A stretch of DNA of 64,000 bases from an uncultured candidate division Zixibacteria bacterium (GTDB taxonomy: Bacteria; Zixibacteria; MSB-5A5; GN15; PGXB01). Location of the stretch: NCBI GenBank assembly GCA_963702205.1, contig OY969724.1, positions 224,001 to 288,000 of the forward strand, written 5' to 3'. A program made the translations under genes and the position numbers. The notes beneath the pieces are model-generated. The model saw only the letters and a program-made list of their open reading frames with translations. It was not told the DNA's origin and ran no database searches. Below are positions 1 through 9,625 of this stretch, one piece after another (the stretch's first letter is position 1; every line of letters begins with the position of its first letter).

Positions 1-89
1 GATCGTGCTTCCACCGGGGTCCTCTCGGTTTCTTGCCCTTGTGGGCGCGACATTCGCGCCGTGTGGCGGGAAAAGCCCGCCCCTGGGGT

Positions 90-119
90 TATCTACCGGA
101 GGCGTGGAAGGAACGTCGG
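90..119 (-). promoter_or_regulatory. Bipartite motif copy 1 (CCGACG-N13-TCCGGTAGATA), putative phage-sigma promoter for genes left of the window
   Basis: Same motif and spacing as four other sites. Confidence 0.7.
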
Positions 120-184
120 TGGGCGGGACACGCACGGCAGGACCTGAACACTTCCAGGGTATGGAGGAGGCGCGTCTTCCCGGA

Positions 185-1711
185 TCAGATAAACACCGGC
201 TCGGTCGTCAGCGGCACCAGGGAGACCGTCTCCTCACCGACCTGGTTGAGGACGGACTGCTCACGGGCCAACATGGCGCAGCGCACGGCGTCAACGACGT
301 GGTCGTTGCCCTTGGAATAGACGATGCGGCCATCGTGCAGCGTATAGGTGTGGGTGGTGAACTGATCCTCGATCTCCAGGTCCTCGATGGGGAACACGAG
401 CTGACGTCGTTGCATGGCTCCAGCAATCAAGGTGGTCATGAATTCTTTGGTCCGCTTCCTGACCTCGTGGCCGTCTCGCACGGCCAGGGTGGTCATGCCC
501 CCGAAGTCGTAACCGCGCAGCCGCCCTTGGAGAGCCAAGTCCTTATACTTGTCCAGTGTCAGCAGCTCCTGCACGACAGCCATCCCGTTGCCGCCGTTGT
601 CCACGCCGATGCCCGCGGCGGTGTAATACCGGTCCAGAAGGGCGATGGCCTGGGCGATGTGGGGATAAGCCACGTGCTCCATGCGGACCCGCAGGACCAG
701 CTTGATGATTTTGCGCTCGGGCAGTTCGATCTCCTGGAACACGACGAGCTCCGTCGGGTCGTTGGTGTAGCCCAGGTCTCCGCCGATCCAAAAGACGCCG
801 GTCCGCGGCATGAGATTGAGCAGCATCTCCAGGCGGTCGTGGGATTCCTCCTCGGTGGCGCAGCCGCGCAGTTCTTCGCCGGTGACGACGACCTTCTGGT
901 ACTCGACCACGTCCTGTCGGCAGAGATTGAGGTGCTCGATATTGAACGCGCCGTAGGAAGGCTTGCCGTGTTCGCCGGCCACCTCATGCTGCCAGCCCGC
1001 GCTGTCCCGGCCGCCGTAGAACTCCAGCAGCTCGGCCTCGCGCTCCTGGGTCCACGATGGGTGCAGCCAGGAAGGCCAACGGAACACCCGAAACTGGGTC
1101 GATCCGGTGAGGCGGTAATAGGTGGTGTCCCGCAGACCGTTGGGCGTTGAGTAGATGCGCAGTCTGCCACCCGCCTTCAGGCACTGGCGCAGGGCCTTCC
1201 ATGCTCGTTCGGTGAGCCACGCCCCTTCGTCCACCCAGACCCGGTCCACATGCAGCGAGCGAAACGCGTCGCCGTATGCACCGGCTGGACGGAAGTAGAG
1301 GATCGCGCCGTTGGTGAATTCGAGCCTGAAGTATGGTTTGCGGTGAATCTTGGGCTTGCCGTATTTGGTGAGAGCCACGCTGACCATGAGGTCCGGGTTG
1401 GTGTCGAGTTGGAATTCGATCTCCTCGATCAGGGTGTCGAGATGTCCCTGGTGAGGCGCGCCGACGAGTCCCTGGCAGCCCCGGTTGGTGAAGGCGAAAT
1501 GCAGGGCGTCGGTGGTGATGCAGACACTCTTGCCCACGTCGCGCCCGTCGAGGTGGATGATGTTCCTGTCCGGACAGAGCAGGTCCTCGGCTTGGTGAGG
1601 CCAGTAGATGCGTTGCCCACCGTCGCGGTTGCGCAGGTATCCCTGTCCCCAGAGGACTGGGTCCGCAAGGGTCTCCGCCAGCCTGCGCTCTTTGGCGGAT
1701 ATCCGGGCCAT
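185..1711 (-). CDS. terL: Terminase large subunit
   Basis: 508 aa. Walker A-like GRDVGKS, Walker B VWVDEG, YSTPNG coupling motif, C-terminal nuclease GGDLG...NDHVVDA. Confidence 0.85.
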   Translation of the reverse strand: MARISAKERRLAETLADPVLWGQGYLRNRDGGQRIYWPHQAEDLLCPDRNIIHLDGRDVGKSVCITTDALHFAFTNRGCQGLVGAPHQGHLDTLIEEIEFQLDTNPDLMVSVALTKYGKPKIHRKPYFRLEFTNGAILYFRPAGAYGDAFRSLHVDRVWVDEGAWLTERAWKALRQCLKAGGRLRIYSTPNGLRDTTYYRLTGSTQFRVFRWPSWLHPSWTQEREAELLEFYGGRDSAGWQHEVAGEHGKPSYGAFNIEHLNLCRQDVVEYQKVVVTGEELRGCATEEESHDRLEMLLNLMPRTGVFWIGGDLGYTNDPTELVVFQEIELPERKIIKLVLRVRMEHVAYPHIAQAIALLDRYYTAAGIGVDNGGNGMAVVQELLTLDKYKDLALQGRLRGYDFGGMTTLAVRDGHEVRKRTKEFMTTLIAGAMQRRQLVFPIEDLEIEDQFTTHTYTLHDGRIVYSKGNDHVVDAVRCAMLAREQSVLNQVGEETVSLVPLTTEPVFI

Positions 1712-1989
1712 CAGGGCAGCCTCGACCTCAAGGCCGACCCGAGGACCGTGCCGATGATCTCGGCCAGGATGTGCTGGACGGCGAGCATCCCTTCGCGGTC
1801 ACGGATCACCCCTTCGATGTCGGCCGCAGCCTGATTGAGCTCCTCCCACTCCGGGTACGCCTGCCCGGCGGCGTCGAGCCGGGCCAGAGCATCGTCGATT
1901 TTCCCGGCAGCCAGCTCCGCGCCGATCTCCACCAGTTGCCGTCCCGCCTCGCGGACGGCATCGCTGTTCCGTTCCAGGATGTCCTTCAT
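1711..1989 (-). CDS. Hypothetical helical phage protein (MKDILERNSD...)
   Basis: Start overlaps the upstream stop and stop overlaps the terL start; GGAGGA SD. Confidence 0.65.
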   Translation of the reverse strand: MKDILERNSDAVREAGRQLVEIGAELAAGKIDDALARLDAAGQAYPEWEELNQAAADIEGVIRDREGMLAVQHILAEIIGTVLGSALRSRLP

Positions 1990-2276
1990 CGCTTGTCCTC
2001 CTCCGGCGTCTTTTCCTGCCCCGACGCCCAGCGGTCTAAGGCTTCCATCACCACAGCCAGCCGGTCGCCCATACCCCTCAGTCGTTCCTGGTCCGGGTGC
2101 TCCGCGTCGGCCAGGGCCTTGTTGGCCTCGGCCACGTACTCGGGCATGTAGCGATTCGCCGTGTGAATGGCGTCCTGAATCCGCTGAGGCGGCCTGGCGG
2201 TGGCGCAACCCAACAGTGATGCAGCCAGACTCGCTGCCAACAGCGCCTTCAGGATCGTTTCGACCTGTCTTCTCAT
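1986..2276 (-). CDS. Phage lipoprotein
   Basis: MRRQVETILKALLAASLAASLLG-C: signal peptide with lipobox; GGAGGAG SD. Confidence 0.7.
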   Translation of the reverse strand: MRRQVETILKALLAASLAASLLGCATARPPQRIQDAIHTANRYMPEYVAEANKALADAEHPDQERLRGMGDRLAVVMEALDRWASGQEKTPEEDKR

Positions 2277-2329
2277 GATTCTCCTCCCGGCCCGCCCGGG
2301 GCCTGATTGTTTCTCTGGAATGTGCATGG

Positions 2330-2360
2330 AACGCCTTGACTTCCGGCGCACACGAAGCCT
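2330..2360 (+). promoter_or_regulatory. AACGCCTTGA-N13-CGAAGCCT motif upstream of the tyrosine recombinase operon
   Basis: Identical boxes and spacing recur at 22303-22333 (-). Confidence 0.55.
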
Positions 2361-2494
2361 GTATGTGAATGTGCGTAGAGCCTTGAAATACAAGGACTTG
2401 AGCCGTTTGAAAGGAGGTGCCGAATGAGCTTTTTCGACCCCGAGACCTTCCGGATCGGGAAACCTGAACTCAACGAACGAAAGGAGAACGAGCC

Positions 2495-2896
2495 ATGAAC
2501 GAGACCCTGCATCAGGCCGCCCAAGCCTATCTGGAACACCTGCGGACCCAGGGGAAGAAGGAGCGGACGCTCTACACCTACGGTAAAGACTTCGAGCAGA
2601 TCGAGGTCTTCTTCGGTGCCGAGCGCAAGCTGTCCGCAGTCCTCGTCCCGCACGTGGGAAAGTTTTTCAAGTCCGATGCGCTGCTCAAACTGCCCAACGG
2701 GCGGGAGCGGTCCACACCGACGGTCGAGAAGACCAAGCGGGTGCTCCGCATGTTTCTGATCTGGGCCAAGGAGACGGGCCGTATCGACAAGCTGCCCCTG
2801 CCCAAGGACACGCCCATGGGCCGGAGCGCCAAGAAAGGAGGACAGCGCGATGACGAACACGATGCCATCGAGGCTCCGGTTGCTGAGCAGTCCTGA
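2495..2896 (+). CDS. Integrase N-terminal SAM-like (core-binding) domain protein
   Basis: AQAYLEHLRTQGKKERTLYTYGKD...TVEKTKRVLRMFLIWA pattern; no catalytic residues. Confidence 0.65.
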   Translation: MNETLHQAAQAYLEHLRTQGKKERTLYTYGKDFEQIEVFFGAERKLSAVLVPHVGKFFKSDALLKLPNGRERSTPTVEKTKRVLRMFLIWAKETGRIDKLPLPKDTPMGRSAKKGGQRDDEHDAIEAPVAEQS

Positions 2897-3809
2897 GCCT
2901 TCAGACGCGCGGTCCTGTTTCACCGACGCCTTGGAAGCCTTCGGCAGAAGGCTCACCGCCGAGGGACGTTCGGAGAACACCATCAGCGCATACCTGCGCG
3001 ATCTCTCATACTTGTCCGACACTCTCCTCCGAAACCATCCGGGAAACGCCCCGGACGAGGTGACCAGCGCCATGATCGACGAGGCGTTGACCTCGCCGCT
3101 GGTGGTGATCTCGGCCAGGGGCAGCGTCCGGTCGCCGGCGTCCATGCACCGGTTAAAGGCGGCTGTCCGGTCGTTTTTCACCTGGGCCGAGCAAAACGGG
3201 ATTGTCCGGGAGAATCCGGCCGGGTCGTTGACCCTTCGCAGGCTTCCCCGGACTCCGCCCAAGTTCCTGACCGAGGCCGAGAAGCGCCGTCTGCTCAAGG
3301 AACTTCGCGGCAGGGCATCCTCGCTGGCGGTCCGGGATCGCGTCATCATCGAACTCTTCCTCGGGACCGGCATCCGACTGCAGGAACTCGTCGACCTGGA
3401 CATCGAGGACGTGGACCTCGACGCCAAGCATCTCCGCGTACTCGCCAAGGGCTCCGTCCCGCAAGTGAAGTTCCTAAAGTCCACCCTGCGCTCCCTCCTG
3501 CGGAGTTACCTGGTCGAGCGCCGACGCCGGGGCGACGGCGAATGCCGGGCCATGTTCCTCTCCAACCGCGGAGAGCGGCTCTGCGAGCGGCAAGTGGCCA
3601 GGCGGCTCGAGTATTGGCTCAAGGCCGCGGGCATCGACAAGAAGCTCAGCCCGCATGCGCTCCGGCACACCTTCGCCACCCACCTTTACAGCCGGACCGG
3701 GGACATCCTGGTGGTCCAGCGCGCCCTCGGTCACCGGGACCTGTCGACCACCCAGGTCTACACCCACCTCGTGGACGGCGCTCTGGAGGACGCCCTCGAG
3801 CGCCTCTGA
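2850..3809 (+). CDS. XerC/XerD-like tyrosine recombinase
   Basis: GIRLQEL (R), SPHALRHTFAT (HxxR), LGHRDLSTTQVYTH (H, Y). Confidence 0.92.
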   Translation: MTNTMPSRLRLLSSPEPSDARSCFTDALEAFGRRLTAEGRSENTISAYLRDLSYLSDTLLRNHPGNAPDEVTSAMIDEALTSPLVVISARGSVRSPASMHRLKAAVRSFFTWAEQNGIVRENPAGSLTLRRLPRTPPKFLTEAEKRRLLKELRGRASSLAVRDRVIIELFLGTGIRLQELVDLDIEDVDLDAKHLRVLAKGSVPQVKFLKSTLRSLLRSYLVERRRRGDGECRAMFLSNRGERLCERQVARRLEYWLKAAGIDKKLSPHALRHTFATHLYSRTGDILVVQRALGHRDLSTTQVYTHLVDGALEDALERL

Positions 3810-4015
3810 ACCGCAACCGACCATGGAAACCAAGCGGTCCATCCGGGCCGCTTTTCCATTCCCGCCTTCGGACAGGCAATGACAGAGGCAAGAGACAGTC
3901 AGCCCACAGTCGCGTCCCCGAACACATCCGCAGACAATGATGCGGGCAGCATCGAAGCCTTGAGGTGCCGGGCGGAAGCATTGATTGACAGAACCTTCCG
4001 CCGACCGTCGGCTTC

Positions 4016-4049
4016 GGAATGTCAGAGAACACGTCTTATCCGACATTCC
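4016..4049. other. dif/lox-like recombination site
   Basis: GGAATGTCAGAGAA-CACGTC-TTATCCGACATTCC: 14-bp inverted arms (12/14 match) with a 6-bp spacer, about 200 bp downstream of the recombinase. Confidence 0.65.
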
Positions 4050-4120
4050 CGGCGGGCGAAGCGCCGCAAGTCCGCGTGTTTCGCGGGTCGCTGCATGGCG
4101 GGCGATGGTGTTATCCGACC

Positions 4121-4651
4121 TCATTTACGCGTTTTCCCTCCCGCGGTCGTTTTCCTGGCCGGTTTTTTCTGCGACTCCGCCAGCTTCTCAATGAGAGCCG
4201 TGGCCCACTCCGCCGGCGTCGTCTCCGGTCCCTGGGACGCTTCGCCCTCACGGGCGATCTTGGTGGCCTTGAGGTCCTTGAGGTGGCAGCGGATCATTCG
4301 GTCCAGCCGTTCGGCTGCGTCCCAGTCGCCGGACTCCTGGGCCCGGCCCAGTTTGAGGAAGTAGACCGCCACCAGCTCGACCTGCATGAAGTCAGAGCTC
4401 TTGTTGAACACGAAGTCCTGGTAGAGCTGGCCGATGATGGCCTCGAAGAGGGGACGCTCCTCTGCAGAGAGGAAGCGGTCGGCGTAGATGCCGTGGCGCA
4501 AACTGTTCTGGTTGCCCGGGACTGCGCCGCTGCCGGTCCGCGCCTTGGCGGCCTTCCGTACTTCCTGTGCGGGCGCGGCGTTGCGGTGCCAGCGTTTGAG
4601 CTGACCCGCGTCGTGTTTTCCGATCCTGTCTTGGGCCTTGTCGTCTGCCAT
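4121..4651 (-). CDS. Terminase small subunit-like protein
   Basis: GAVPGNQNSLRHGIYA resembles the GNxNAxKHGxY motif of TerS-like proteins; upstream of terL. Confidence 0.5.
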   Translation of the reverse strand: MADDKAQDRIGKHDAGQLKRWHRNAAPAQEVRKAAKARTGSGAVPGNQNSLRHGIYADRFLSAEERPLFEAIIGQLYQDFVFNKSSDFMQVELVAVYFLKLGRAQESGDWDAAERLDRMIRCHLKDLKATKIAREGEASQGPETTPAEWATALIEKLAESQKKPARKTTAGGKTRK

Positions 4652-4733
4652 GGTCACCGCGTTTTTCGTTTCGGCATCTCGGGGTTCGTGGCGGAAGGCG
4701 GATTTCGCCCTCTTTCAGGGAAAACCCCTTCGA

Positions 4734-4763
4734 TACCTACCGGAGCGGATCGCAATGCGTCGG
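4734..4763 (-). promoter_or_regulatory. Bipartite motif copy 2 (CCGACG-N13-TCCGGTAGGTA)
   Basis: Upstream of the terS-like gene. Confidence 0.7.
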
Positions 4764-5030
4764 TGTGGATTCGGTCCGGCTTTGGGCCACGATCTGGCGC
4801 ACCCGGCGCGATGTGACGCCGGAAAGCCGGGCGATCTCGCGCGTGGGCACGCCTTGTCCCTTGAGCGCCAGCACGAGCTTGCGGCGTTCCTCGTAGAAGC
4901 CCACATCGCTCGGCACCCAGAGAAGACCGGTAAAATACCGCCGGACGGCGTCGAGCACATCGGGCGGCAGGATGTCCCTGGCGTTGCCGTAGGGCCGTTT
5001 CATGTTTTGGGGTTCGTTCTCTTGAGCCAT
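4737..5030 (-). CDS. Small HTH protein (CD3324/Mor-like)
   Basis: YGNARDILPPDVLDAVRRYFTGLLWVP plus C-terminal HTH TREIARLSGVTSRRVRQIV. Confidence 0.65.
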   Translation of the reverse strand: MAQENEPQNMKRPYGNARDILPPDVLDAVRRYFTGLLWVPSDVGFYEERRKLVLALKGQGVPTREIARLSGVTSRRVRQIVAQSRTESTPTHCDPLR

Positions 5031-5857
5031 GGCTGATCCACGTCCGGGTTGTGGAAACGAAGACGGTTCTCCCGCGGTGGCGGGCCGATGATCTCGATGT
5101 ACTGCCGGGTCACTTCGCCGATGCGTTCGTTGGCATCGACGAAACAGACGAGTCCGAAATCCTCGCCGCAGGGGAAGCGGAACCGTCCCCGGTTCTGGTA
5201 AAGCCGCGCCTCGCTCCAATCGAGGGAAAGTGCCTGGTCCCGGATGGCATCGACTTTGTCGACGGCCGAAGGCGGGACCTTCTCCGTGAAGCGCCACTCC
5301 CCGTCCTTGGGGTACAGGTATCGCTCGACCGGCGGCGTCGAAGGGTTTGGGACCGGACGGGAAAGTGAAACGGACGACGGCTGGTCCTGCTGAACCGTGC
5401 CGAGCGTCGGCGGAGGATAGGTCTTGGGGTCAAGGCTCCGAACGGCGGCGAGAAGGTCGTCCTCGCCGAAACGCGCGACGGCCCAGGCATGAATGTCGTT
5501 GAAGCGGGTTCGCAATCCGTCGAAGGCGGCGGGATCGAGTCGTCCTGATTCCAGCGCCTTCTTGGCCATCGCCATCTTGTGCCGGAGCCATGCGTAGTAT
5601 TCCGGGTCCAGACGGCGATAGCAGACGCCGTTGATGCCCACGTCCCGCGCGAAATGTCGAGGCTTGTCGGTTTCCCAAGAATCCAGGTTCGTGGCCGCAT
5701 AGAGCGCGGTCTCTCCGGAGGGCTCGACTGTGGGAGGATCGTCCCTGCGCTGCTCTTCCGTTGTCTCTTGCCCGGAGACAATCGGGACTTGGCCGTTCGA
5801 ATCGACCGGGGTCGATCCTCCAGCGGTCTGTTGCATCATGAGTCTGAGAAGGCTCAC
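5000..5857 (-). CDS. Hypothetical phage protein (285 aa)
   Basis: Long ORF in operon orientation, downstream of motif copy 3. Confidence 0.65.
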   Translation of the reverse strand: MSLLRLMMQQTAGGSTPVDSNGQVPIVSGQETTEEQRRDDPPTVEPSGETALYAATNLDSWETDKPRHFARDVGINGVCYRRLDPEYYAWLRHKMAMAKKALESGRLDPAAFDGLRTRFNDIHAWAVARFGEDDLLAAVRSLDPKTYPPPTLGTVQQDQPSSVSLSRPVPNPSTPPVERYLYPKDGEWRFTEKVPPSAVDKVDAIRDQALSLDWSEARLYQNRGRFRFPCGEDFGLVCFVDANERIGEVTRQYIEIIGPPPRENRLRFHNPDVDQPWLKRTNPKT

Positions 5858-5895
5858 TTTCCCTGCTCCAATCGGGTGATTTCCGGTTCATGGGA

Positions 5896-5925
5896 TACCT
5901 ACCGGAGCGGAGCCTGTACCGCCGG
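5896..5925 (-). promoter_or_regulatory. Bipartite motif copy 3 (CCGGCG-N13-TCCGGTAGGTA)
   Basis: One mismatch in the upstream box, same spacing. Confidence 0.65.
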
Positions 5926-5928
5926 GAT

Positions 5929-6248
5929 GCGAAGGTGCGAAGGTCGATGAATGCGGTTCGAACCTTCGCAGGAGCCTTCGCGGTGCTGTAGATGATTGAT
6001 ATTGCTATTAGATATGAAGAAGGAAGAAGAAGGTGCGAAGGTTACCGGGGGAATTACTCACGTATGAGCGGAAAAAAGCAGGTGGTCCGAGGAGAGACCT
6101 GCGGTCACGGCATGCGATGTATTTTTTCTGAGTAAGGGGGGTGGACCCCTGAAACCCTTCGCACCTTCGCAGTCTCGTTACAACAGCTTGATTTAACGAT
6201 GTTTACAGTCGCGAAGGTCCTTCGCGGTTTGCGAAGGGTACCCTTCGC
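5929..6248. repeat. Iteron-like GCGAAGG/CCTTCGC cluster, putative replication origin
   Basis: 11 copies in both orientations with AT-rich patches, directly downstream of the primase-helicase. Confidence 0.7.
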
Positions 6249-6275
6249 ACAAGGAGGAGTCGGCGGGGAAATGGA

Positions 6276-9200
6276 TCAGACGAGGTAGGTGACGTCGTAG
6301 GTGGCGGTGCGCCGGACGGAATGCTCCGACCGGTTGACGGCGATCTCGAACCCGGCCTGGCGGATGGTGTCCAGATCGTTCGAGAAGCGTTGGGCGAACT
6401 GCTGCACCGAGTTCATGCTGAAGGACAAACCGAAATCCTTGGACAGCCGTTTGATGGCCACGAAAAGGTCGCGGGCCAGAGCGCCCTCGATGGTCGTCTC
6501 GTTCTGAAAATCGATCTGGTAGCGCTCGAGGAATGCCGCCTTGTTGGTCTTGGCGACGTTCATAGCGGTGCTCTCCCGGTCCGCTTCGAGCGCGTGCCTG
6601 TAGGCCTTGAAGAGCGCCGCCAGACAGGTGGCGATGGGATTGGACTCGCGGGCGGTCTCGAGGCTGACGCTGTTGAGCGTGGCGATCCGGCCCACGAACT
6701 GCGGATGGAGTTCTTCCAGCGCCCGGTCGATCTCTTCCTGCTGCTCCCCGGCGAGCATCATCAGGTACATGAGGCTCAGGTAGTCGTTGCATCGCCGCTT
6801 GCTGTGGTTGCCGAGGCTTCTGTGTAACAGCCGCATAACCTTTTCCTGAGCGCCGGCCTGGAGCATGGCCAGCAAATGGCTCGTGCGTTTCATCAGGGAA
6901 GAGACGATCAGATCGCGGTGCTCCCGGAGAGCGGCCAGGATTTTCGCTTCGAGGAAACAATCGCTCGCCTGCTCGTCCATGTCGAAGCGGATGATGAACG
7001 AGCGGGACAGGATTTCCGCGAGCTCCCCTCCCAGAGGTTCGATGCCTGTGGTGTTGAGCAGGCACTTGGTCCGTTCGATGACCGTCTCGGTGTCCGTGCC
7101 GCTCTTGCGCTTTTCCTTGGCGATGCCGGTGATGCTGGTCAGGATGAAGGTCGTCAGGTCCTCGGTCATCTGTTTGACCTCGATGTTGTCGAGGACGATG
7201 AGCGGGTTTTGCGAGCCGTCGGTATAGTTGGCCGCATCGGTGCTCTTCTTCTGCTGAGGCTCGCCGTAGAGCAGTGCAGAGATCAATTTGCTCGCGGTGG
7301 TCTTGCCCGAGCCCGCGGGACCCTCGAACCGGGTCATGGGCCTTGTGCCGGCGAAATCGATTAAGAGGAAACAGGAAAGCCACGAGAGGATCAATACCCG
7401 ATCCCCCGGCGCGCAGGTGAGATTGTTGAGAAGCAGTTCCACCAGGAGCCGGTCGGCTTCCGCGGGATCGGCGTCGGGAAGGAACCGGATCGGGGCCAGC
7501 TTCCGCGAGCCGTCCAGGATAACGCCGTCCGCGTTGCCGCCGTTCTTGAGGATTTCGACCCCCTCCGGGGTGATCTTGGCGATCTCGTGGTCGATGTTGT
7601 TCAGGTTGAAGTAGACGGTCTCCCTGGCCACGTCCGTGTGAAGCCAGGAGAAATGCTCCCGCACCTGCCCGCGCTCCACCGCCAGGTTCGCCAGTACCTC
7701 GAAAAATGTGCGGCCGCCGCCGGTGGTCTGCACCATCCCGGTATGCTTGTACATGAGGGACGCGTAGAGCCGCCTGCGGCCGCGGTCCGGCGTATCCATC
7801 CACAAGATCGCGTCTTCGAAGAACATGAACGGCTCGCCCTGGGGCGTGCGGAAGAACCGGGCCCCATGGGCCGCGAACCAATCGTAGGCGGCCTCGGCGG
7901 CCAGCGTGAAATCGGGCGCGCCGCGCTCCTCTTCGGTCGCAAGCAGAACTTCCTCGATGCGCGCCCGGCACGATCCGGGAGATGCATCCGAAGAGCGCTT
8001 TTCCCGCTTCCGTTCTTGCCTGGACTGGGACCTCTGTTCTTTCTGCACCGCCCGCACTTGCTCGCGCAGCGTGGCCAGCGAGAGTCCCGTCTTGCCGAAC
8101 CGCTCCTGAACGAGTTTCAGATGGCGGTTTTGCTCCAGCGGGGAGAGGTATGCCGCTTCTCGCAGGATCGGTTCGAGCAGCCGGTTGCGCTCTTCTTCGG
8201 AGACATCCGTCGGCAGATGGGAGATGCCGAACTCCAGGGGCGTCTCGGCCTTCGCCAGCAACTCTTCGAAGTCCTGGACCGAGTGACCCGCCACGAAGTA
8301 GTCGTTGACGTCGATCTTGGCTTCCGAGAGCAGACGCTCGGCCTCGCGGATTTCATCCGGGGTCCGACCATCGAGGCGTTTGGCCAGTTCGCGGACACCC
8401 ACGGCGGCGTCGAGACCGAACCGCTCCCGTAATTCCCGGCGGGCGTTCTCGCGTCTTTCATCCAGAGGGAGAACCGCAAGCCGAGTCTGTATTCGATGCT
8501 CGGAAAGGACCGCTGCGGTCTTGAGCGCGCCGTTCAACCCGGCCTGAGAGATCTCGTTGTCTTGGCAGACGTAGACCGTCTGCACGTTGCGAAGACGCGG
8601 CAGCAGCCGCTCCCAATCCGCCTCGCGGATACGGACGGTCACCGGCGACACCGCCGGGAAGCCATGCTCCATGAGCGAGATGCAGTCGGTCACGCCCTCG
8701 GTGATGATCAACCGCTCCGGGTCGGCGAGCAGACAGTCCTCGTTGTAGAGGTGACTGTTGTCGATGCACGGGGCGATGTGTTTGCGGGTGTTTTCGTCGT
8801 GGACCGGGAGCTTCTTGTACTTGCCTTGTTCCCATGGCTTGTCAGGCGTCCACGGTGTCTTGCGGCCGATCATGAAAACGACGCGGCCGCGGCTCCAGTA
8901 GGGAAACACGATACGCCGGTCGAAGAACGGGTCGAGTCCGTCCTGGTTGGTCGGACGGAACGCGCCGGACGCGGCCAAATCCCGCGGTGAGAAGCCGCGT
9001 TCCTTGCCAGTCAGTTTCCGGACGATTCCTTCATCGCCGTCGTTGTCCGCATAGCCGATGAGGAGTTTGTCGACGGTCTCTGCGGAAAGGCCGTACTTGG
9101 AACGGAGCCATTCAATCGCCTCGGGATTATCCTTGAGCCGCCCGTGGTAGTGTTCCGCCAGGGCCGTCAGTACATCGTGGACGCGCAGCTCGACCAGTCG

Positions 9201-9596
9201 CTCCGCCTCAGCTTCAGCCAATTCCTCGGGCGAGAGTCCGTGCTTGGCCAAAGACGGCAGCCCGGCCTTGGCTGCGAGGAAATCGCGGGCATGTTGATGG
9301 CTCTCCGGCATGGGGCCGGACTGGCCCCGTGTCACCTGGCCCGACTGGATGAACTCCACGAGCTGGAGCACGTCGCCGCCGAGACCGCAGCCGAAGCAAT
9401 ACCAACCCTGCTTGTCGAGCATCACATGAAGGGACCGGTGCGATTGGCTACTGTGGTTCGGACAGTCGCATTGGAGCAGGCGGTCGGATTCATGCAGGAC
9501 GTGAGCGCCGAGCAACTCCCGCGCGACCGCACCGATGTCGACCTCGGTGATCCGCCGGTAATACTCCCTCACATTGTCCTGACGTTCGAATGCCAT
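6276..9596 (-). CDS. DNA primase-helicase fusion (CHC2 Zn finger, TOPRIM, C-terminal P-loop)
   Basis: CPNH...WYCFGC; ITEGVTD and CQDNE TOPRIM; EGPAGSGKT and IVLDN. Confidence 0.88.
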   Translation of the reverse strand: MAFERQDNVREYYRRITEVDIGAVARELLGAHVLHESDRLLQCDCPNHSSQSHRSLHVMLDKQGWYCFGCGLGGDVLQLVEFIQSGQVTRGQSGPMPESHQHARDFLAAKAGLPSLAKHGLSPEELAEAEAERLVELRVHDVLTALAEHYHGRLKDNPEAIEWLRSKYGLSAETVDKLLIGYADNDGDEGIVRKLTGKERGFSPRDLAASGAFRPTNQDGLDPFFDRRIVFPYWSRGRVVFMIGRKTPWTPDKPWEQGKYKKLPVHDENTRKHIAPCIDNSHLYNEDCLLADPERLIITEGVTDCISLMEHGFPAVSPVTVRIREADWERLLPRLRNVQTVYVCQDNEISQAGLNGALKTAAVLSEHRIQTRLAVLPLDERRENARRELRERFGLDAAVGVRELAKRLDGRTPDEIREAERLLSEAKIDVNDYFVAGHSVQDFEELLAKAETPLEFGISHLPTDVSEEERNRLLEPILREAAYLSPLEQNRHLKLVQERFGKTGLSLATLREQVRAVQKEQRSQSRQERKREKRSSDASPGSCRARIEEVLLATEEERGAPDFTLAAEAAYDWFAAHGARFFRTPQGEPFMFFEDAILWMDTPDRGRRRLYASLMYKHTGMVQTTGGGRTFFEVLANLAVERGQVREHFSWLHTDVARETVYFNLNNIDHEIAKITPEGVEILKNGGNADGVILDGSRKLAPIRFLPDADPAEADRLLVELLLNNLTCAPGDRVLILSWLSCFLLIDFAGTRPMTRFEGPAGSGKTTASKLISALLYGEPQQKKSTDAANYTDGSQNPLIVLDNIEVKQMTEDLTTFILTSITGIAKEKRKSGTDTETVIERTKCLLNTTGIEPLGGELAEILSRSFIIRFDMDEQASDCFLEAKILAALREHRDLIVSSLMKRTSHLLAMLQAGAQEKVMRLLHRSLGNHSKRRCNDYLSLMYLMMLAGEQQEEIDRALEELHPQFVGRIATLNSVSLETARESNPIATCLAALFKAYRHALEADRESTAMNVAKTNKAAFLERYQIDFQNETTIEGALARDLFVAIKRLSKDFGLSFSMNSVQQFAQRFSNDLDTIRQAGFEIAVNRSEHSVRRTATYDVTYLV

Positions 9597-9625
9597 GCGC
9601 GCTCCACTCCAAGAATGTCCATTCG

